From Cyanophora paradoxa CCMP329 (lineage: Eukaryota; Plantae; Glaucophyta): a DNA stretch of 64,000 bases. Shown one piece after another: positions 63,401 to 64,000 of the stretch. Positions within the stretch are counted from its first letter, which is position 1, and every line of letters begins with the position of its first letter. Location of the stretch: the NCBI GenBank assembly GCA_004431415.1, contig QPMI01000062.1, forward strand, positions 434,001 to 498,000. The letters are read 5' to 3'. The notes under the pieces were generated by a model. The model was given only the letters and a program-made list of their open reading frames with translations, did not search any database and was not told the origin of the DNA. A program made the position numbers and the translations under genes.

Positions 63401-64000
63401 TCAAACGCCAGCCGCTGCTCAAGCGGAGCGGCTACTGCCGTCACGTTGCCCGCAAGGACATCGATCACCTGGTCTTGCGCCAGCACCGCGGAGTATATCC
63501 TCCAATCTGCAGCGGAGCTGATCTCAGGGCGCGCGCAATTGTAACGAGCGCCTGCGAACCAAAGAGCGCAGAGGCTGCGGCGCCTGCGTCGCCCCAGTCC
63601 GACCGAGCGATCCAGTGCTTTGCTCGCTGCTTCTTGGGCCACGGGGCGGCTGCAGCAGGAAGGCTCGTGCCGGTTTTTGCGTGGGGCCGCAGCGTCCCGT
63701 TCAGATACGTCAGAATCGCATCCTCCGCAAGTGTTATAGCGACGTGGTGCCAGCTATTGTCGACGGGAATGCCATACGAGCCTTAAGATGGACGCGTGAA
63801 CAGAAGCAATCGAATGTGAACGTAGTATGTGAACCGTACCCTGGAACAATTTAACTGAAGCTGTTGGCAGACCGCTACCTGTGTAGAGGGAAAGCACGAG
63901 CGAAGTCTTGCCCACGTCCACCTGGCGGGCGGGCAAAGATTAAATCATGAAGATGTACGCAGGCGGATGAGCGTCAATCATTACCGAGCAAATTTGACTT
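42420..64000 (-). CDS. Giant multi-exon membrane protein, 5' end beyond window: >=5 LamG-like domains, unknown domains, dozens of Cys-rich GCC2/GCC3 (ephrin-receptor-like) repeats, TM, then a two-TM module and Ser-rich tail
   Basis: LamG motifs (WHHVAITL..TYLNG, WHHVALVL..TYLDG..DFRVYSAALS, FHHLAVVF..TYRNG, WTHLVVTY..AYKNG) at 59-64 kb. CxxCPxGTY repeats at 45.6-54.4 kb. Splice path followed continuously from 45360 to the stop at 42420. Continuity across 54-59 kb is assumed from strand and splice signals. Confidence 0.75.
47712..48386. repeat. Third, partial and more diverged copy of the intragenic exon block (matches 49997-50673)
   Basis: Exons nearly identical (e.g. GLFQLDDSCLQCPMNSIVSSLGAAQC...), with the internal intron diverged. 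Confidence 0.85.
48444..50592. repeat. Tandem segmental duplication copy 1 (period 2299 bp)
   Basis: Near-identical to 50743-52891; paired ORFs in the track are offset by exactly 2299 (48771/51070, 49957/52256). Confidence 0.95.
50743..52891. repeat. Tandem segmental duplication copy 2
   Basis: Same exons and introns as 48444-50592, with only scattered substitutions. Confidence 0.95.

Noticed and set aside
1-64000. Prokaryotic defence island, tRNA/rRNA genes, or introner-type repeated introns
   Set aside because: The content is spliced eukaryotic genes and I saw no structural RNA signatures. Introns share composition but not sequence, except inside the segmental duplication.

Overview
Eukaryotic nuclear DNA, very GC-rich and intron-dense (mostly 50-75 nt introns, many with GC-AG rather than GT-AG ends). 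Most long ORFs in the six-frame track are GC shadow ORFs, so the real genes had to be assembled by hand across introns. I read about 13 genes: a CLoG1-like protein (5'-partial), an orphan with a C-terminal KHA/ubiquitin-like fold, a full-length STEAP-type metalloreductase, an atypical eIF4E, exocyst Sec5/EXOC2, an RS-domain protein, a plastid-type P1B-4 ATPase HMA1, a coiled-coil protein, CABIN1, tubulin cofactor B, a SulP/STAS anion transporter, an NHL-FN3-(Ser-Pro)n multi-pass surface protein, and a giant (>21 kb, 5' end outside the window) minus-strand surface protein. The giant protein has LamG domains, tandemly duplicated Cys-rich repeats and a C-terminal two-TM module resembling DEG/ENaC channels. 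The HMA1 gene with an MAAF-type N-terminus, plus the intron style, points to a primary-plastid alga, probably a glaucophyte such as Cyanophora (inference). Most notable signals: (1) the giant ectodomain fused to an ENaC/ASIC-like module; (2) intergenic spacers packed with overlapping short palindromes; (3) an animal-type STEAP in an apparent alga; (4) pervasive GC-AG introns with GYNCGC-like donors; (5) a recent 2.3-kb intragenic exon-block duplication. I found no rRNA, tRNA, CRISPR or transposase. Exon boundaries were read by eye, and some GC-homopolymer indels are probably assembly errors.
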